A stretch of 64,000 bases of DNA, from positions 24,182,001 through 24,246,000 of the forward strand of contig NC_086097.1 of assembly GCF_963921235.1 (NCBI RefSeq), in the 5' to 3' direction. This document shows positions 1-12,545 of this stretch, piece by piece. The position numbers were made by a program, and so were the translations under genes. The DNA is from Mobula hypostoma. Its lineage: Eukaryota. Under the pieces are notes generated by a model. It had not been told where the DNA came from. It ran no database searches and saw only the letters and a list, made by a program, of their open reading frames with translations. The stretch's first letter is position 1. Each line of letters starts with the position of its first letter.

Positions 1-65
1 TTCCTGCCTGTCACCTCACACCCCTCCTCAGTCCACCAATCCCCTTGGAATCCTTTCCTGCTACT

Positions 66-73
66 CCCCTTCT

Positions 74-105
<32 letters not shown>

Positions 106-128
106 CCTCTCCCTCTCCCTCTCCCTCT
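66..128. repeat. (CT)n/(CCCTCT)n pyrimidine microsatellite
   Basis: Direct: ctctctct...ccctctccctct; explains the SLSLSPSP start of ORF 45..599. Confidence 0.95.
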
Positions 129-157
129 CTGTTGGCCATCTCCCCTCTCCACTGTCA

Positions 158-245
158 TTCCCGATGCAGAGTCACGACCCAAAACATTGACAGTTCCTTG
201 CCTCTCACAGATGCCGCTTGCCCCGCTGAGTTCCTCCAGCAGATC
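158..245 (+). mobile_element. Degenerate Penelope-type terminus (decayed hammerhead motif)
   Basis: cccgatgcagagtcacgacccaaaacattgac...agatgccgc...gagttcctccagca resembles the terminus at 58375-58463. Confidence 0.65.
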
Positions 246-249
246 AGCT

Positions 250-810
250 TGAAGGGCCTAGATAGAATGGATGCGGAGAGAATGTTTCCATTAGTCAGAG
301 AGTCTAGGACCAAAGGGCACAGACTGAGAATGGAGGAATGTCCATTAAGAACACAGATGAGGAGGAATTTATTTAGCCAGAGGGCGGTGAGCATATGGAA
401 TTCATTACCACAAACAGCTGTGGCGGTCGAGTCATTGGGTATATTTAAAGTGGCGGTTGATAGGTTCTTGATTCATATGGGGGGGTCAAAGGTTATGGGA
501 AAAGTCAGGAGAATGAACAAATATTTGTTTATTTTATTTGTTATTTGCACAGTTTGTTTTCTTTTGCACACTGGTGGACAGTCTTGTGTAGTTTTCTAAT
601 GATTCTATTGTATTTCTCTGTCATACTGTGAATGCCTGCAAGAAGATGAATCACAAGGTGGCACATATATGTGCCTTGATAATAAATTTACTTAAAACTT
701 TGAAATTTAAATGAGATTGAGAAGGAAAATAAATCAGCCACGATCAAATGGCAGTGCAGACTTAATGGGCCCAATGGCCTAATTCTGCTCCTATGTCTTA
801 TGGTCTTAAT
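250..810 (+). mobile_element. CR1 LINE 3' fragment, interrupted at ~515-710 by an L2/Rex-type tail
   Basis: KGLDRMDAERMFPLVRESRTKGH..RRNLFSQRAVSIWNSLP CR1 C-terminus; 3' UTR aatggcctaattctgctcctatgtcttatgg. Confidence 0.85.
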
Positions 811-1653
811 CTTCACCAATGTTCAGACTGCAACCAACAAGACAATGAACCCTTCCTCCAGTCAAAAAATGAAATCCTTTTATTCTGATGCAGAGGGAGG
901 AAAAGTGTAGAGGAAATGAAACCTACAATTTACCTGATGGTATAAGTGCTTACTTAATGCATGGAGACACCCCTTGGATTTCTCTTGCAGTTGGGTCTGC
1001 AGAACCATCATTACTCAGTAATGGCATTATGATGTCTTGAGGTTCCAGCTTTTTGAGCACTGATGGGTGAAATTTCTGCTTTGCTGACATTATGGGATTT
1101 GTCTATAGCTTCAACTGCCGTTTCCTCCAAACAACACAATAAAGCCCTTCATTAGGTTTGTAATTTTGCTTGCTCTGAGCCAGTTAAAAGTAATGTTATC
1201 ATTATGATCGCAGGCATATTCTGAACTGATTTTACAATTTCTTGATTGTCATTGCTGCTCCGTCCCTGTTAGGCTCACTTTGCAGAGGTGAGATGAGGTA
1301 CCTTTGTGCCCTGAGTTCTTGTTTTATCAGCAATAGCACGGAAAATGTGTTGCTTAGTGGAATGGAATGTTTCTTGCGGATTGGTGCAAAGTAATTGTGA
1401 CTGAGAAAAAATGTGGGAATCAAGTGCAAAAATGTTTCAATTTAATGTAGTAATTGTTAATTTGCAAGCATAATGTGAGCTATGCTCAGAGGTTAAGGTT
1501 TACAAATACGCCTGATACCTTCTTTATCATATATTGCCAATGTCCATCCCTATTGCTAGTTAAAAATAAGCTTATGCATTAACTCAATAGGTCAGGCAGC
1601 AGCTATGGAGGCAAAAGGATGCTTGAGATTGAGAGTTGAGACCCTGCATCAGG

Positions 1654-1685
<32 letters not shown>

Positions 1686-1710
1686 AGATTGTAAGTCTGC
1701 GTGTGTGTGT

Positions 1711-2333
1711 ACTCTCAAGACCGTAGGGAATGATACCATTAAGAAAGTCTTTCACTACAAGTACCTCGGGTCAAGAATGATGAGTTTGGAGAAGGACATA
1801 AAGATACGGAAGGCGCTGGCGTGGCGGGCTATGAACAACATGAAGGAAATCTGGAAGTCGACCTGACCAGAGGACTTAAAAAGAGGATTTTCATAGCAGT
1901 CATAGAGTCCATTCTAATGTACGGATGCGAGACGTGGACACTCACCAAGATGATGCGAAAGTCTCCAGATTGTTGCTATACACGAATACTCTGGATGGCT
2001 CTTGACGTAAGTTGGCAACAACACATGACAAACGTCGAGCTCTATAACAACCTACTGATGCTCACCTCTAAAATCGAGGCGAGAAGACTGCAACTATTGG
2101 GGCACTGTCTACACCACCCCGAGCTACCTGCCAGCCTAGTCATCATATGGGAGCCCAAGCACGGGAGGATGAACCCTGGGCACCCTCCCAAGACTATGGT
2201 CAACATGCTCCTGGAAGACAGCGGCGTGGCTAATGTAGATGAACTGAACACACTGATGAGGCAGAGGGAGAAGTGGAGAGTCCGTCATCGTGCCCGATGC
2301 CAGCCCCCTAGGCCTGAGTCGACGTAGTAGTAG
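1711..2333 (+). mobile_element. RTE-clade LINE, 5'-truncated, inserted in a (GT)n tract
   Basis: ESILMYGCETWTLTK..RRLQLLGHC; (tag)n tail; candidate TSD tgcgtgtgtgtgt at 1698-1710 and 2334-2346. Confidence 0.85.
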
Positions 2334-3591
2334 TGCGTGTGTGTGTGTATCTGTGATTGTAAATCTGTGTGTGTGTGTGTGTGTGTGTGTGTTTGTCTGC
2401 CTGTCTGTCTGTCTTGATGCATGGTCTCAACCCAACACATTGACTGCCCCTTTGCCTCCATAGATGCTGCCTAACGTACCAAGTTCTTAAGAGCATAGAC
2501 AGAACACAGGAAAATACAGCACGGCCACAGGCCTTTCAGACTATGATTACAGAACCAGCCATGATGCCAATTTAAACAGCACATCCTCCTGCAATGGTGT
2601 TCTCCCTCAAATCCCGACCTTTTCCTGTGTCCGTCTGAATGTGTGTTAAACCTTGCTGCTGTATCTGCTTCCTCCAACAACTCATTCCAGGCACCTTACC
2701 ACACTCTGTGTTAAAAACCTGCCTTGCAAATCTTCTTTCCCTTCCCACCTTAAAGCCATGCGCTCTAATATTTGATATTTCTGCTCTAAAACTAAAGACT
2801 ATCTTCCATGTCTATTCCAATGCTTTATTCTTTTGTCCTATTTACAGTTGCTTGAGTCCCTGTCCTTTTTGATACCTTAGATCTAGAATTTCCTAATTCA
2901 CTTTCATCATCTCTCTCTCATTTGTTAAAATTCTCCCTGAAGTCCACCCCTTTCAGCCAAGCTTTTGAATGCCTTTCTGGATATGGAGGCTAAGGGTAGA
3001 GAGCCCAATAGAACTGTACAAATTATGAAGGGCATCGATAGGACAGGTGGTAGAAAACTTCTCCTCAAAGCTGAGGTATCTAAGAGCATATTGCATTAAG
3101 GTTGAGGGGTGAGAGGTTTAGAAGGGATCAGTGCAAGAACTTTGCCATACAGAAGGTAGTTGGAATCTGGCCTGAGATACTGGAGGAGGTAGATAATCTC
3201 AAAACATATAAGAAGTATCTGATTAAGCAAAATACCTTGAAGGCTAGAGAACAGCTTCTGGTCAATGGGATTCAAGTTGATAGGTTTCTGATAGTTACCA
3301 TGGAAATGTTGGGCTGAAGGGCCCTCTTTCAAGCTATATTACTCAGTGACTTTAACCTAATTTCTCCAGCTATTGCTCTGGATTAAGTTTTATTTGATCG
3401 CCTTCCTAAGAGCAGTAACATCTTAATACCTTAAGGATGCCGTGTAAGTCCCACCAGAACATGGAGTTTAGCCGTCGGGCACTTAGCTCCAAGTACGGTC
3501 ACCCGTGGTGGTAAGGTGAAAGAGGAAGTCCTAGACAAAGACCAATTCAGTCAAGATCTCAGCGGTGGAGCTGGCAGAAGATGATTTAGGA

Positions 3592-3900
3592 TGCCACGGT
3601 GGCATAGCGATTATTGTAACCCTATTACCGCTCAGGACATCAGAGTTCAGGGTTCAATTCTGGCGTTCTCTGTAAGAAAGTTTGTATGTTCTTCCCGTGA
3701 GCGTGAGGGTTTCCCTCGGGTGCTCCAGTGTCCTCCCACACTTCCAAAGGCATACCAGTTACATGGTTAATTAGTCATTGTAAGTTGTCCTGTGATTAGG
3801 CTAGTGTTAAATAGGTGGGCTGCTGGATAGTGCAGCTCGTTGGGCTGGAAGGGCTTGTTCCGCAATGCATCTGTAAATAAAAATATAAAATAAAAATAAA
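3592..3900 (+). mobile_element. tRNA-derived V-SINE (HE1-like)
   Basis: A/B-box-like head (tggcatagcg...ggttcaattc) and V-domain-like gggtttccctcgggtgctccagtgtcctcccaca; related copies near 12630, 21730, 29510, 36350, 44100, 45950, 62220, 63550. Confidence 0.75.
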
Positions 3901-4054
3901 CAGTGACACATCACAACGGCAGGAAGGCTGCACCAGTGGCAGGTCTCCGCTCTTCTTGCACTCCAAGCCACTGGACCCTGACCCCGGTCTGTCAAGGACA
4001 GTGTAGTAGCTGCCAGTGGATCAGGCTCCCTGTGTTAGACCAAATCATACACAG

Positions 4055-4932
4055 AATCGGAATCAGAATCAGGTTTATTATCACCGACATATAATGTAAA
4101 ATTTGTTGACTTAGGAACATCTGCACAATGCAATACATAATATAGAAGAAGAAAAAACACAAAATAAAATAATAATAAAAAAACTAAAAATTACAGTATG
4201 CATATATTGAATAGATTAAAAATTGTGCAAAAAAACACGAATACTATGTACTAAAAAAGTGATGCGGTGTCCAAAGATTCAATGTCCATTTAGGAATCGG
4301 ATGGCAGAGGGGAAGGAGCTGTTCCTGAATCGCTGAGTGTGTGGCTTCAGGCTTCTGTATCTCCTACCTGATGGTAACAGTGAGGAAAGGTCATGCCCTG
4401 GGTGCTGGAGGTCCTTAAAAATGGACGCTGCCTTTCTGAGACTCTGCTCCTTGAAGATGTCCTGGCTAGTATCCAAGATGGAGCTGACTAAATTTACAGC
4501 CCTCCGCAGCTCCTTTCGGACCTGTGCAGTAGCTCCCCCCCCCCCCATTACCAGACAGTGATTCAGCCTGTCAAAGTGCTCTCCACAGTACATCTACAGA
4601 AGTTTTTGAGTGTATTTGTTGACATACTAAATCTCTTCAAACTCCTAATGAAGTACAGTCACTGTCTTGCCTTCTTTATAACTGCATCGATATGTTGGGA
4701 CCACGTGAGATCCTCAGAGACCTTGACACCCAGGAACTTGAAACTGCTCACTCTCTCCACTTCTGATCCCTCTATGAGGATTGGTATGTGTTCTTTCGTC
4801 TTACCCTTCCTGAAGTCCACAATCATCTCTCTCGTCTTACTGATGTTGAGTGCCAGGTTGTTGCTGCAGCACCACTCCACTAGTTGGCATATATCTCTCC
4901 TGTAGGCTTCCTTGTCACCACCTGAGATTCTG
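4055..4932 (-). mobile_element. Rex1/L2-group LINE RT 3' fragment
   Basis: WCCSNNLALNISKTREMIVDFRK..SFKFLGV..DLTWSQH; LLPSGRRYRSL..RFRNSSFPSAIRFLN; (ctgatt)n tail. Confidence 0.85.
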
Positions 4933-5109
4933 GACGCTGCATTACACAGGCATTATCCATTAAGGGAATCCACCTCAACATTCCAGATTAAGGCCTGTGG
5001 CGATCAGCAAATGGTGAAGAAGACAGGAGTATGTGGATCCTGGACTGACCTGAAAAAAGCACTAAAAGGCAACCTGTTAGGAGGACATCATCCTCGACTT
5101 GTGATCGCA

Positions 5110-5240
5110 TTACAACAATTACAATTACTACTACTACTATTACTTCCACTATTACTACTACTACTATTACTTCCACTATTGCTACTACTATATTTACTAC
5201 TATTACTTTAATTACTACAATTACTACTACTACTACTATA
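5110..5240. repeat. (TAC/TAT)n trinucleotide microsatellite
   Basis: Direct; produces the spurious poly-Leu and poly-Val ORFs. Confidence 0.95.
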
Positions 5241-5808
5241 ATGCAGTCTTGGTGAAAGTGCAAAGATTGAAGCTTGAATGGCATGTCTCCTTTGGATAGT
5301 ACCAATAAAGCACCAGTTTTAATTTTCTGAAAGCAATAAGCCTCACACATCACCACTGGACATAGGTCAATGGATGAGAGCCACTCTTCCTCAGCCAAGT
5401 TCTAATGGACTCCACAAAGTCCTAAATGAGCAGAAATGTGCAGTGGGCTGTCACTTCACCATGACCTATTTTCAACACTCTCAGCAAAGTCAAAATCCAC
5501 TGATGTTGACAGCAGCGCGCCGTGGAAGTCCAATCATTTTGAGAAAATTGTTGTTTCTGTTCTTAGAATCATAGAGTCATACAGTGCAGAAACAGGCCAT
5601 TTCATATTGGTTTTGAGATTGCAGAGGAAAGAGCAAGAAATGACTGTTTAATTTGCAGTTTACTGATGCTTGCTGTGGCAAATTTGGGTTTCTGGAGAGG
5701 CTTGACATAACAGCTCTTTGTAAATATTCCTATTGGTATTATATTATAGTGTTGATCATGTTCCTAAAAGAATTTTCAGTCCAAATGGATCTTCTGAAAA
5801 TGGAGTTA

Positions 5809-6366
5809 CACTGAGTGGCCACTTTATTAGCTACACCCATGCACCAGCTTGCTAATGCAAATATCTAATCATCATGTGGCAGCAACTCAGTGTATAAAAG
5901 CATGCAGCCATGGTCAAGAGGTTCAGTTGCTGTTCAGACCAAACATCAATATGAGGAGGAAGTGTGATTGAAGTGACCTTGACCATGGAATGATAGTTGG
6001 TGCCAGGCGGAGTAGTTTGAGTATCTCAGAAACTGCTGACCTCCTGTGATTTTCACACACAACATTCTCTAGAGTTTACAGAGAATGATACGAGAAACAA
6101 AAAAACATCCAGCGAGTGGAAGTCCTGTGGATAAAAACACCTTCTTGTGAATGAGAGAGGTCAGAGGAGAATGGCCAGACTAGCTCAAGCTGTCAAGAAG
6201 GCAACAGTAACTCAAATAACCACACATTACAACAGTGGTATGCAGAAGAGCATTTATGAATGCACAACACGTTAAACTTTGAAGTGGATGGGCAACAACA
6301 TAGGAAGACCTCAAACGTACACTCAGTGGCTAGTTTATAGGTGCCTTAAAAAGTGGCCACTGAATG
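5809..6366 (+). mobile_element. Tc1-like non-autonomous transposon (transposase N-terminal HTH remnant)
   Basis: TIR cactgagtggccactttattag...aaagtggccactgaatg with a 5' TA; internal GMIVGARR..LSISETADLL-like coding remnant. Confidence 0.85.
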
Positions 6367-6594
6367 TGTTGTCATTAAGGTGCTAATCATGTTCCTAAAA
6401 TAACTTGTCAGTCCTAATTGATCTTTAGAAAATAGATATATTTGAGGACTATATTACCCTTTGAAATCAACTTTTCCAATATTGTCAATAAATGTATTAT
6501 TTGTTATTGGATGAGCTTCTTTCTCTTATGCACAAGCAGAAAGAAAGTCTCATTCAAAATTATTCAACAGTAGGAAATGACATCAATGTTTATA

Positions 6595-6860
6595 GATCAT
6601 AGGTTAAGGATGAAAGGCAAAATACTTAAAGGGAACTTGAGGGGAAACCTCTTCACTCGGAGCACTTTAAGGGTGTGTAACAAGCTGCCAACAGAAGTGG
6701 TGGATGCAGTTTTGATTTTAACACAAGTGAAATTTGGATAAGTACAGGGATGGGAGGGGAATGGAGGACTATGGCTTGTCAGTGCGACTAGGCAGAATAA
6801 TAGTTTGAACACAGATGGGCCAAAAGGCCTGTTTCCATACTGTGGTGCTTCATAACTCCA
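6595..6860 (+). mobile_element. CR1 3' fragment
   Basis: gggaacttgaggggaaacctcttcactcgg...gggccaaaaggcctgtttcc. Confidence 0.75.
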
Positions 6861-7109
6861 TATCCTCATTTCCTGTACAGTTCCAGCTCAGCAGGCAAGT
6901 TCTCCGCTCACACCCCGAAGCCTTGTGCTCATGAATTCCTTCCCTATATCTCTCTGTGTCTCCACCTCATAAAACACCTGAACCAAGCCTGTGGTTATGT
7001 CTTTGTATCTCCTTATGTGACTTAGTGTCGAATTTTGTTTGACAAAATGTGTAAAATGGCTTTTACTGAAGGAACCTCAAGCGTTATATTGGCTCTCATG
7101 TCTCTTATA

Positions 7110-7270
7110 CAATGTTCCAAAGTGCTTTACAACTAAGAAAGTACTTTTGAAGTGTAGTCACTGTGGTAATATTGAAACTTCAATAACTTGCACATGATAA
7201 AGTCACACAAAAAACAATATTCTAGTTTGAATGAGCTATTGATTGAGGGGGAGATATTGGCCAGCTCGTC
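7110..7270 (-). mobile_element. DeuSINE (SacSINE1/AmnSINE1-like) 3' tail fragment
   Basis: aaagtgctttacaactaagaaagtacttttgaagtgtagtcactgtggtaat matches the recalled DeuSINE tail in reverse. Confidence 0.6.
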
Positions 7271-7384
7271 TGATGTAACTACCTACATGGTGTATGAGAA
7301 CAACAATTGTGTTTCACTTTTGCATCTCACATTATGGCATGCGTCCCATGGATGGTTGGGATTTCACAGAACATAGAACATCGA

Positions 7385-7690
7385 ACACCAATGGTTTTGC
7401 CTCTACTACCACCATTGCCAGGGTGTTCCATGTACTCACCACTCTCTGCAAAAAACAAATACCTCTGATAACCCCTGTACTCACCTCCAATCACCTTAAA
7501 ATTAAGCTCCCCAGACATTAGCCATTTCTGCCCTGGGAAGACTGAGGTGACCAGAACTGAACACACTATTCCAAATGCTCTCTAACCAGAGTTTTATAGA
7601 ACTGCAACATTTTCTCGCAGTTCTTGAACTTAATTTCCCAACTAATGAAGGCCAACATGCCATATGTCTTCTTAACCACCCTATCAATTT
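7385..7690 (-). mobile_element. CR1 RT fragment
   Basis: Reverse strand ARKCCSSIKLWLESIWNSVFSSGH is an off-frame reading of the CR1 'LYKTLVRPHLEYCVQFWSP' DNA. Confidence 0.75.
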
Positions 7691-8484
7691 CAGATGTGGA
7701 ACATGGCATAGTTAATGGAGCTTCATTAAAAGTATGGCTGTTATTCAGTAATACTCAGAAGTAAAATTGACTAACAGACAACCTGCTGGTGGAAATCAGG
7801 GGGTCAAGCTGCATAAATGGAGGTAAAGAAACTGTTGACACTTCAGGTCGAGATCCTACTTCAGGGCTGGGAGTGGAGAGGGGAAATGGTCAGTATAAAG
7901 AGGAGAAGGGAGTGGTGAGGAAAGATTCTGAGGGGATTGATAGACTGAGGAGGGATGTAATGCACCAGGCAGGTTGTGCCAAGTAGTGGAGGGGAGCGGG
8001 TGTGGAGTTAGAAGGCTAGAAAATGAATGACAGCTTGCAGCTATTGGAGGACGATTAGGGAAATTTGTCTCCATTAATCAATATCAAAGAAAAAAATTAT
8101 TATCAAAGTATGTCTATATTACTAAATATAACCTCGAGGTTTATTTTCTCTCAGGAAAATAAACAATTCCAATAGAATAGAATTTATGAGAAAAAATACA
8201 TAAACGAAGACTGACAAACAACCAAAAGAAGACAAAATGTGCAGTTAAAACAAAGCAACAATAGATTCCAGTTAATTGGTTATGCTGGAATTTAAGGAAG
8301 AAAATGCAAATTTATTCAGAAAGATTGATACCCATTCAATCACTACACCTTTATGAGGATTATTTCCCAACAATTACACTTGCTTAAAGAAATCTAAGTG
8401 CTATCAAAGCTGAGGGTATTAAAGTTTAGATTCTGTCTATTAATTTAAATGAAAAGACTGCAATGTATTTAGAATATAATAATA

Positions 8485-8950
8485 CTGTAGATTCTGGTTA
8501 ATTGGGCCATTGGTTAATTGAGACAGTCACTTATTTGGGGCAACTCTGAAAGAACAAAAACTAATCGAGAAAATAGCTGGGATTCACTTTGTTTATTTGG
8601 GACACATTGCCACTTAATTGGGGCAGGAGACTTGCTGAATATTTTCTATCTAGCTTCAGTTGTGAGCACTTGTGTGATCATTGGAAATTACACCATGCTT
8701 AGATCAAACACTTTTTAAATAGTGTCAGTCACGTGTGCTTGGGTTCAAAAAGCAGTGATTTGTGTCGCTGCTGGTTGGCGAAAAATCAGTAGTAACACAA
8801 TTCAGAACTGTTCTACTGGTTGCAGTTTCAAGCACTCAAGATTGGAGATGCCAGAGAGAAGTTTGGAAAGTTCGCAGTTAATTGGGACAGCTGTTTAATT
8901 GAGCCAAAATGTATTGGTCTCGAGGTGTCCCAGGTAACTGGAATCCACTG
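8485..8950 (+). mobile_element. pogo/Tigger-like non-autonomous element
   Basis: TA-flanked; TIRs ctgtagattctggttaattggg / cccaggtaactggaatccactg; same family as 14013-15851. Confidence 0.8.
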
Positions 8951-9559
8951 TATATGCTGAGAGCATGAATTGTAAAAAACCATTGAAAGTTAGTCTGTAG
9001 GTTGTAAAGTCAGTTTAGATTAGTGATGAATGAAGTAATCCATGCCAGTTCTGGAGGCTGATAGTTGTAGGGTGATAACTGTTCCTAAACCTAGTGGTGC
9101 GGGACCTAAGGCTCCTATACCTCCTAACCGGTGGCAGTGGAAAGAATAGAGCATGGCCTTGATGATTCATGCTGCCTTACTGTGGCAGTGCTCCCTGTAA
9201 ATTTGCTCAGTGGCAGGGAGTACTTTGCCTGTGATGGACTGGACTGCATTCACCACTTCTTGTAAGCTTTTCCACTTTTGGGCATTGGTGTTTCGAGGTG
9301 TAACCAGGCTGTGATGCAACCAATTAGAGTACTCTCCACTGTGCAGCCATATCAGGAACATACACGTGAGGTTTGAGGGGAAAAGAGAGAAATAGTCTTC
9401 TGTATAAACCACTAATGAATATAAGTAACATATTGCTTCCGGCCAAATAACAGATAGACAGGGCACTGCACATCAGCACATTAGATTCCACTATGAATGA
9501 AGAGTATACTGACCAACACTAAACTAGGCATGACAACCTGTGTCAGAGTACTGAAATGT

Positions 9560-9995
9560 TACGTTTATCCAGTTATGTTATATGGCTCAGAATGTTGGAC
9601 AATATCTAGTAACATGAGGTAATGAATTGAAGCAGCAGAGATGTGGTTTTTGAGGAGGATGCAAAGAATATCATGGACGAAGTGAATATCTAATAGGGAT
9701 GTCATGAACAGAGCAAGCACAAAAAGAGAAATCATGTATGAGATCATGAAAAGGCAACGTAACTTCATTAGACGTGATTAGGAAAGAGGAGTTAGAATGC
9801 ACGGTAATTATGGGAAAGATTGAAGGGAAGAAAGAAAAAGGAACGCAAAGACAAATGATGATGGAGACAGCAGCCAGAGGACTGGAAATGAATACCAATG
9901 AATTGATCCACTTGACCTGAAACAGGAGTGTGTGGGCCATGGCAGTCAAAGCTCAAACTGGGCATGGCACCTGATGATGATGATGATGATGATGA
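9560..9995 (+). mobile_element. RTE LINE 3' end with (GAT)n tail
   Basis: YPVMLYGSECWTIS..EAAEMWFLRRMQRISW; GKIEGK; tail (gat)n. Confidence 0.85.
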
Positions 9996-10754
9996 ATGTT
10001 GAATAAGGTTTCTGGTGCTCTCCACATCCATGCAACTGAATGCTGTGTGGTGGAATAAATTGAGTGCCATGGGTTTGATTTGTACAATTTTGTTTCAACT
10101 GGAACAGGTACAGCTTATAGTTTTGTATCCTCTGTTGGTTTTGTTGGCGAGAACATAATTATATTGCATTGGAACTTATAGCACGGATGGCTCAGGCTTT
10201 CAGATCCCCCCCATGGGATACATGGCTTAATTAACGGAACTACTTATTACAGACCTTTTAATGTTACCCTAGGAGTCTTATTGTATCACTGAATGGATAG
10301 CATCATGTTGTCACTTCCATCAAACGTGCTCAAAATAATTGAACCTTTCTTTTCAAGGATGTGTTTCTACTGTTTGGAGGTCAATTTATGGAATAACTAC
10401 AGGGTGATAGAATATCCCCAAAAGCAAATATTGAGTGCCTTGAATCTTGGTAACTTGTTTGCTGCCCAGTCTCTGAAATATCAGTGAACTGACCTGCATT
10501 CATTGGGTTTAGTAACAGTTGGGATAGGGTCATGGATATAAAGCTGATCTTCAGCTTTTAGCTTTTTATACTAAAGGAGGGGTTTACTAGAATGTAGAGT
10601 TTTGGAGGGGCCAGATGGAGGATGTGTTCCAGCACAGACATGCTGGATGAATTGCCTTTCTATGTGTTTTGTAGTTCTTTGACTATCAAAATAAATTGAT
10701 GGGTTTATGTTAAAACAGGATGGACCTAGAAACCAAGCCTCCATACTTGGAGCA

Positions 10755-10960
10755 GCACACACAAAATGCTGGGGGAGCTCAGCAGACCAGGCAGCATCTA
10801 TGAAAAAGAGTAAACAGTCGGTGATTTATCAGGAAGGCTCTCAGACAGAAATATCAACTATTTATTCTTTTCCACAGATGCTGCCTTGCCTGTGAGTTTC
10901 TCCAGTATTTTGTGTGTGTTGATTTGGATTTCCAGTATCTGCAGATTTTCTTGTGTTTGT
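10755..10960. mobile_element. Inverted pair of Penelope-type termini
   Basis: acacacaaaatgctgg..caggcagcatct (minus) faces agatgctgcc..ccagtattttgtgtgtgt (plus). Confidence 0.75.
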
Positions 10961-11109
10961 TGTCCATACTCAGAGTTTTCCAGGATCTGCAGAATCTCTT
11001 GTGTCTCCAGTACTTGTGGTCCCTTTTTATCCTTTGTTTAGGCAGTTTCTTGAGGTGAAGTATGATGTCCTTCCAATCTGAGGTGGCAGATATCGGTATA
11101 CAGGCACTG

Positions 11110-11520
11110 TAGCATGATTAAGAAGGTGGATGGTGTGATGGCCTTCATTAGTTGGGGACAGAGTTCCAGAGCCATGAGGATTTGATGCAGCTCTCTAAAA
11201 TCCTGATTGGAGGATTGTGTTTTGATCTGGTTGCCTCATTATAGGAAGGTTATGGAAGCTTTAGAGAAGGTGCAGAGCAGATTTACCAGGATACTGCCTC
11301 AATTAGGGAGCATGTCTTATGAAGATAAGTTGAGCAAGCTAGGGCTTTTCTCTTTGGAGTGAAAGAGGATGAGAGTTGAATTGATAGAGAGTACAAGAAG
11401 ATAAGGGGTATAGGTGGAGTGAACAACCTAGAGACTTTTTCTGAGGGCAAAAATGGCTAATACCAGGGGGCATAATTTTAAGGTGATTGAAGGAAAGTTT
11501 TGGGGGATGTCAAAGGTAAG
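11110..11520 (+). mobile_element. Decayed CR1 RT C-terminal fragment
   Basis: cctcattataggaagg...agatttaccaggat...gggcttttctctttggag. Confidence 0.8.
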
Positions 11521-12019
11521 TGACAAGTGCTCAGGTGTGGTTCTTTGAGTGACTTGACCATGAATCGGAGATGGGTTTCCAAAGTGCTATAAGCAAGTGT
11601 TGTCTGTATTAGTCAGCTCTGTGACAAAAGCTGGGTGTAACTTTGGTTTTGGAGTGGAAGTGAAACAGGTTGAGCAGTTTTTTTTTCCATTTCTACAGCA
11701 GGAAAAAAATTGTTGGAGGTAATTTTGCATTGTGAAGGAATGAGGGAAGTGTTGGGGAGCTGATTCAGCCTTGCATGATATTACTCTACACTAGGATTTC
11801 CCATATCTTGGAAGGGGAGGGCATGCTAGGGGTCCTGAGAGATGCTGTAGTCTGAACCACTGCCAGGAGAATAGACAAACCATATAGTAGCAGCTTTGTA
11901 GAGATCTCTCAACTATCTACAACAGAGAAAGTCATCTGGGGTTCGTCACATTCACTTCCTCTGAAGAGCTGATCACCAAACCACAATGCCATTCCATTCA
12001 TCTACATTATCAATGCACT

Positions 12020-12545
12020 TGCAAGAGTGCGGAGAAAATCTACAAGGATGTTTCTGGGACTTAAGGACCTGAATTATAGGGAAAGATTGAATAGGATTGC
12101 GGGGCAGGCTTGATGAGCCGAATGGTCTGATTCTGCTCCAATGTTTAATAGTCTCAGTTAGGACCTTATTCATTGGAGTGGAGATCTAATAGAGGTACAC
12201 TCAATTATGAGGACTGTAGATAAGTGAAATACAAGCAGCTTTTTCTACTGAGGTTGGGTAAGACTAGAACTACAGGTCATAGGTGAAAGGTGAAATACTT
12301 AAGAGGAATCTGAAGGGGAACCTCTTCACTCAGATGGTGGAGTGAGTGTGAAATGAGTTGCCACTGGAAGTGGTAGTTGCAGTATAATTGTAATATTTAT
12401 GAGACATTTGGATAAGTTCATGGATGGGAAGGGTTTGGAGGTATTTGGACCAGATGTAGGTTGGTGGACTTTGCAGAAGACCAGGCTGGTGCAAATAAAC
12501 AGCCAATGGGCCTGTTTCTATATTGTTGTGCTCCATAATTCTATG
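12020..12545 (+). mobile_element. CR1 3' fragment
   Basis: ctgaattatagggaaagattgaatagg...gggaacctcttcactcaga...gggcctgtttc. Confidence 0.75.

Noticed and set aside
45..599. 184-aa ORF with a signal-peptide-like start
   Set aside because: Chance read-through of a CT repeat, a Penelope terminus, a CR1 fragment and a LINE tail.
3592..3670. tRNA-like A/B boxes
   Set aside because: No cloverleaf; it continues into a SINE body, so it is a SINE head.
4912..5398. Poly-Leu and poly-Val membrane-like ORFs
   Set aside because: Translations of a (TAC)n microsatellite.
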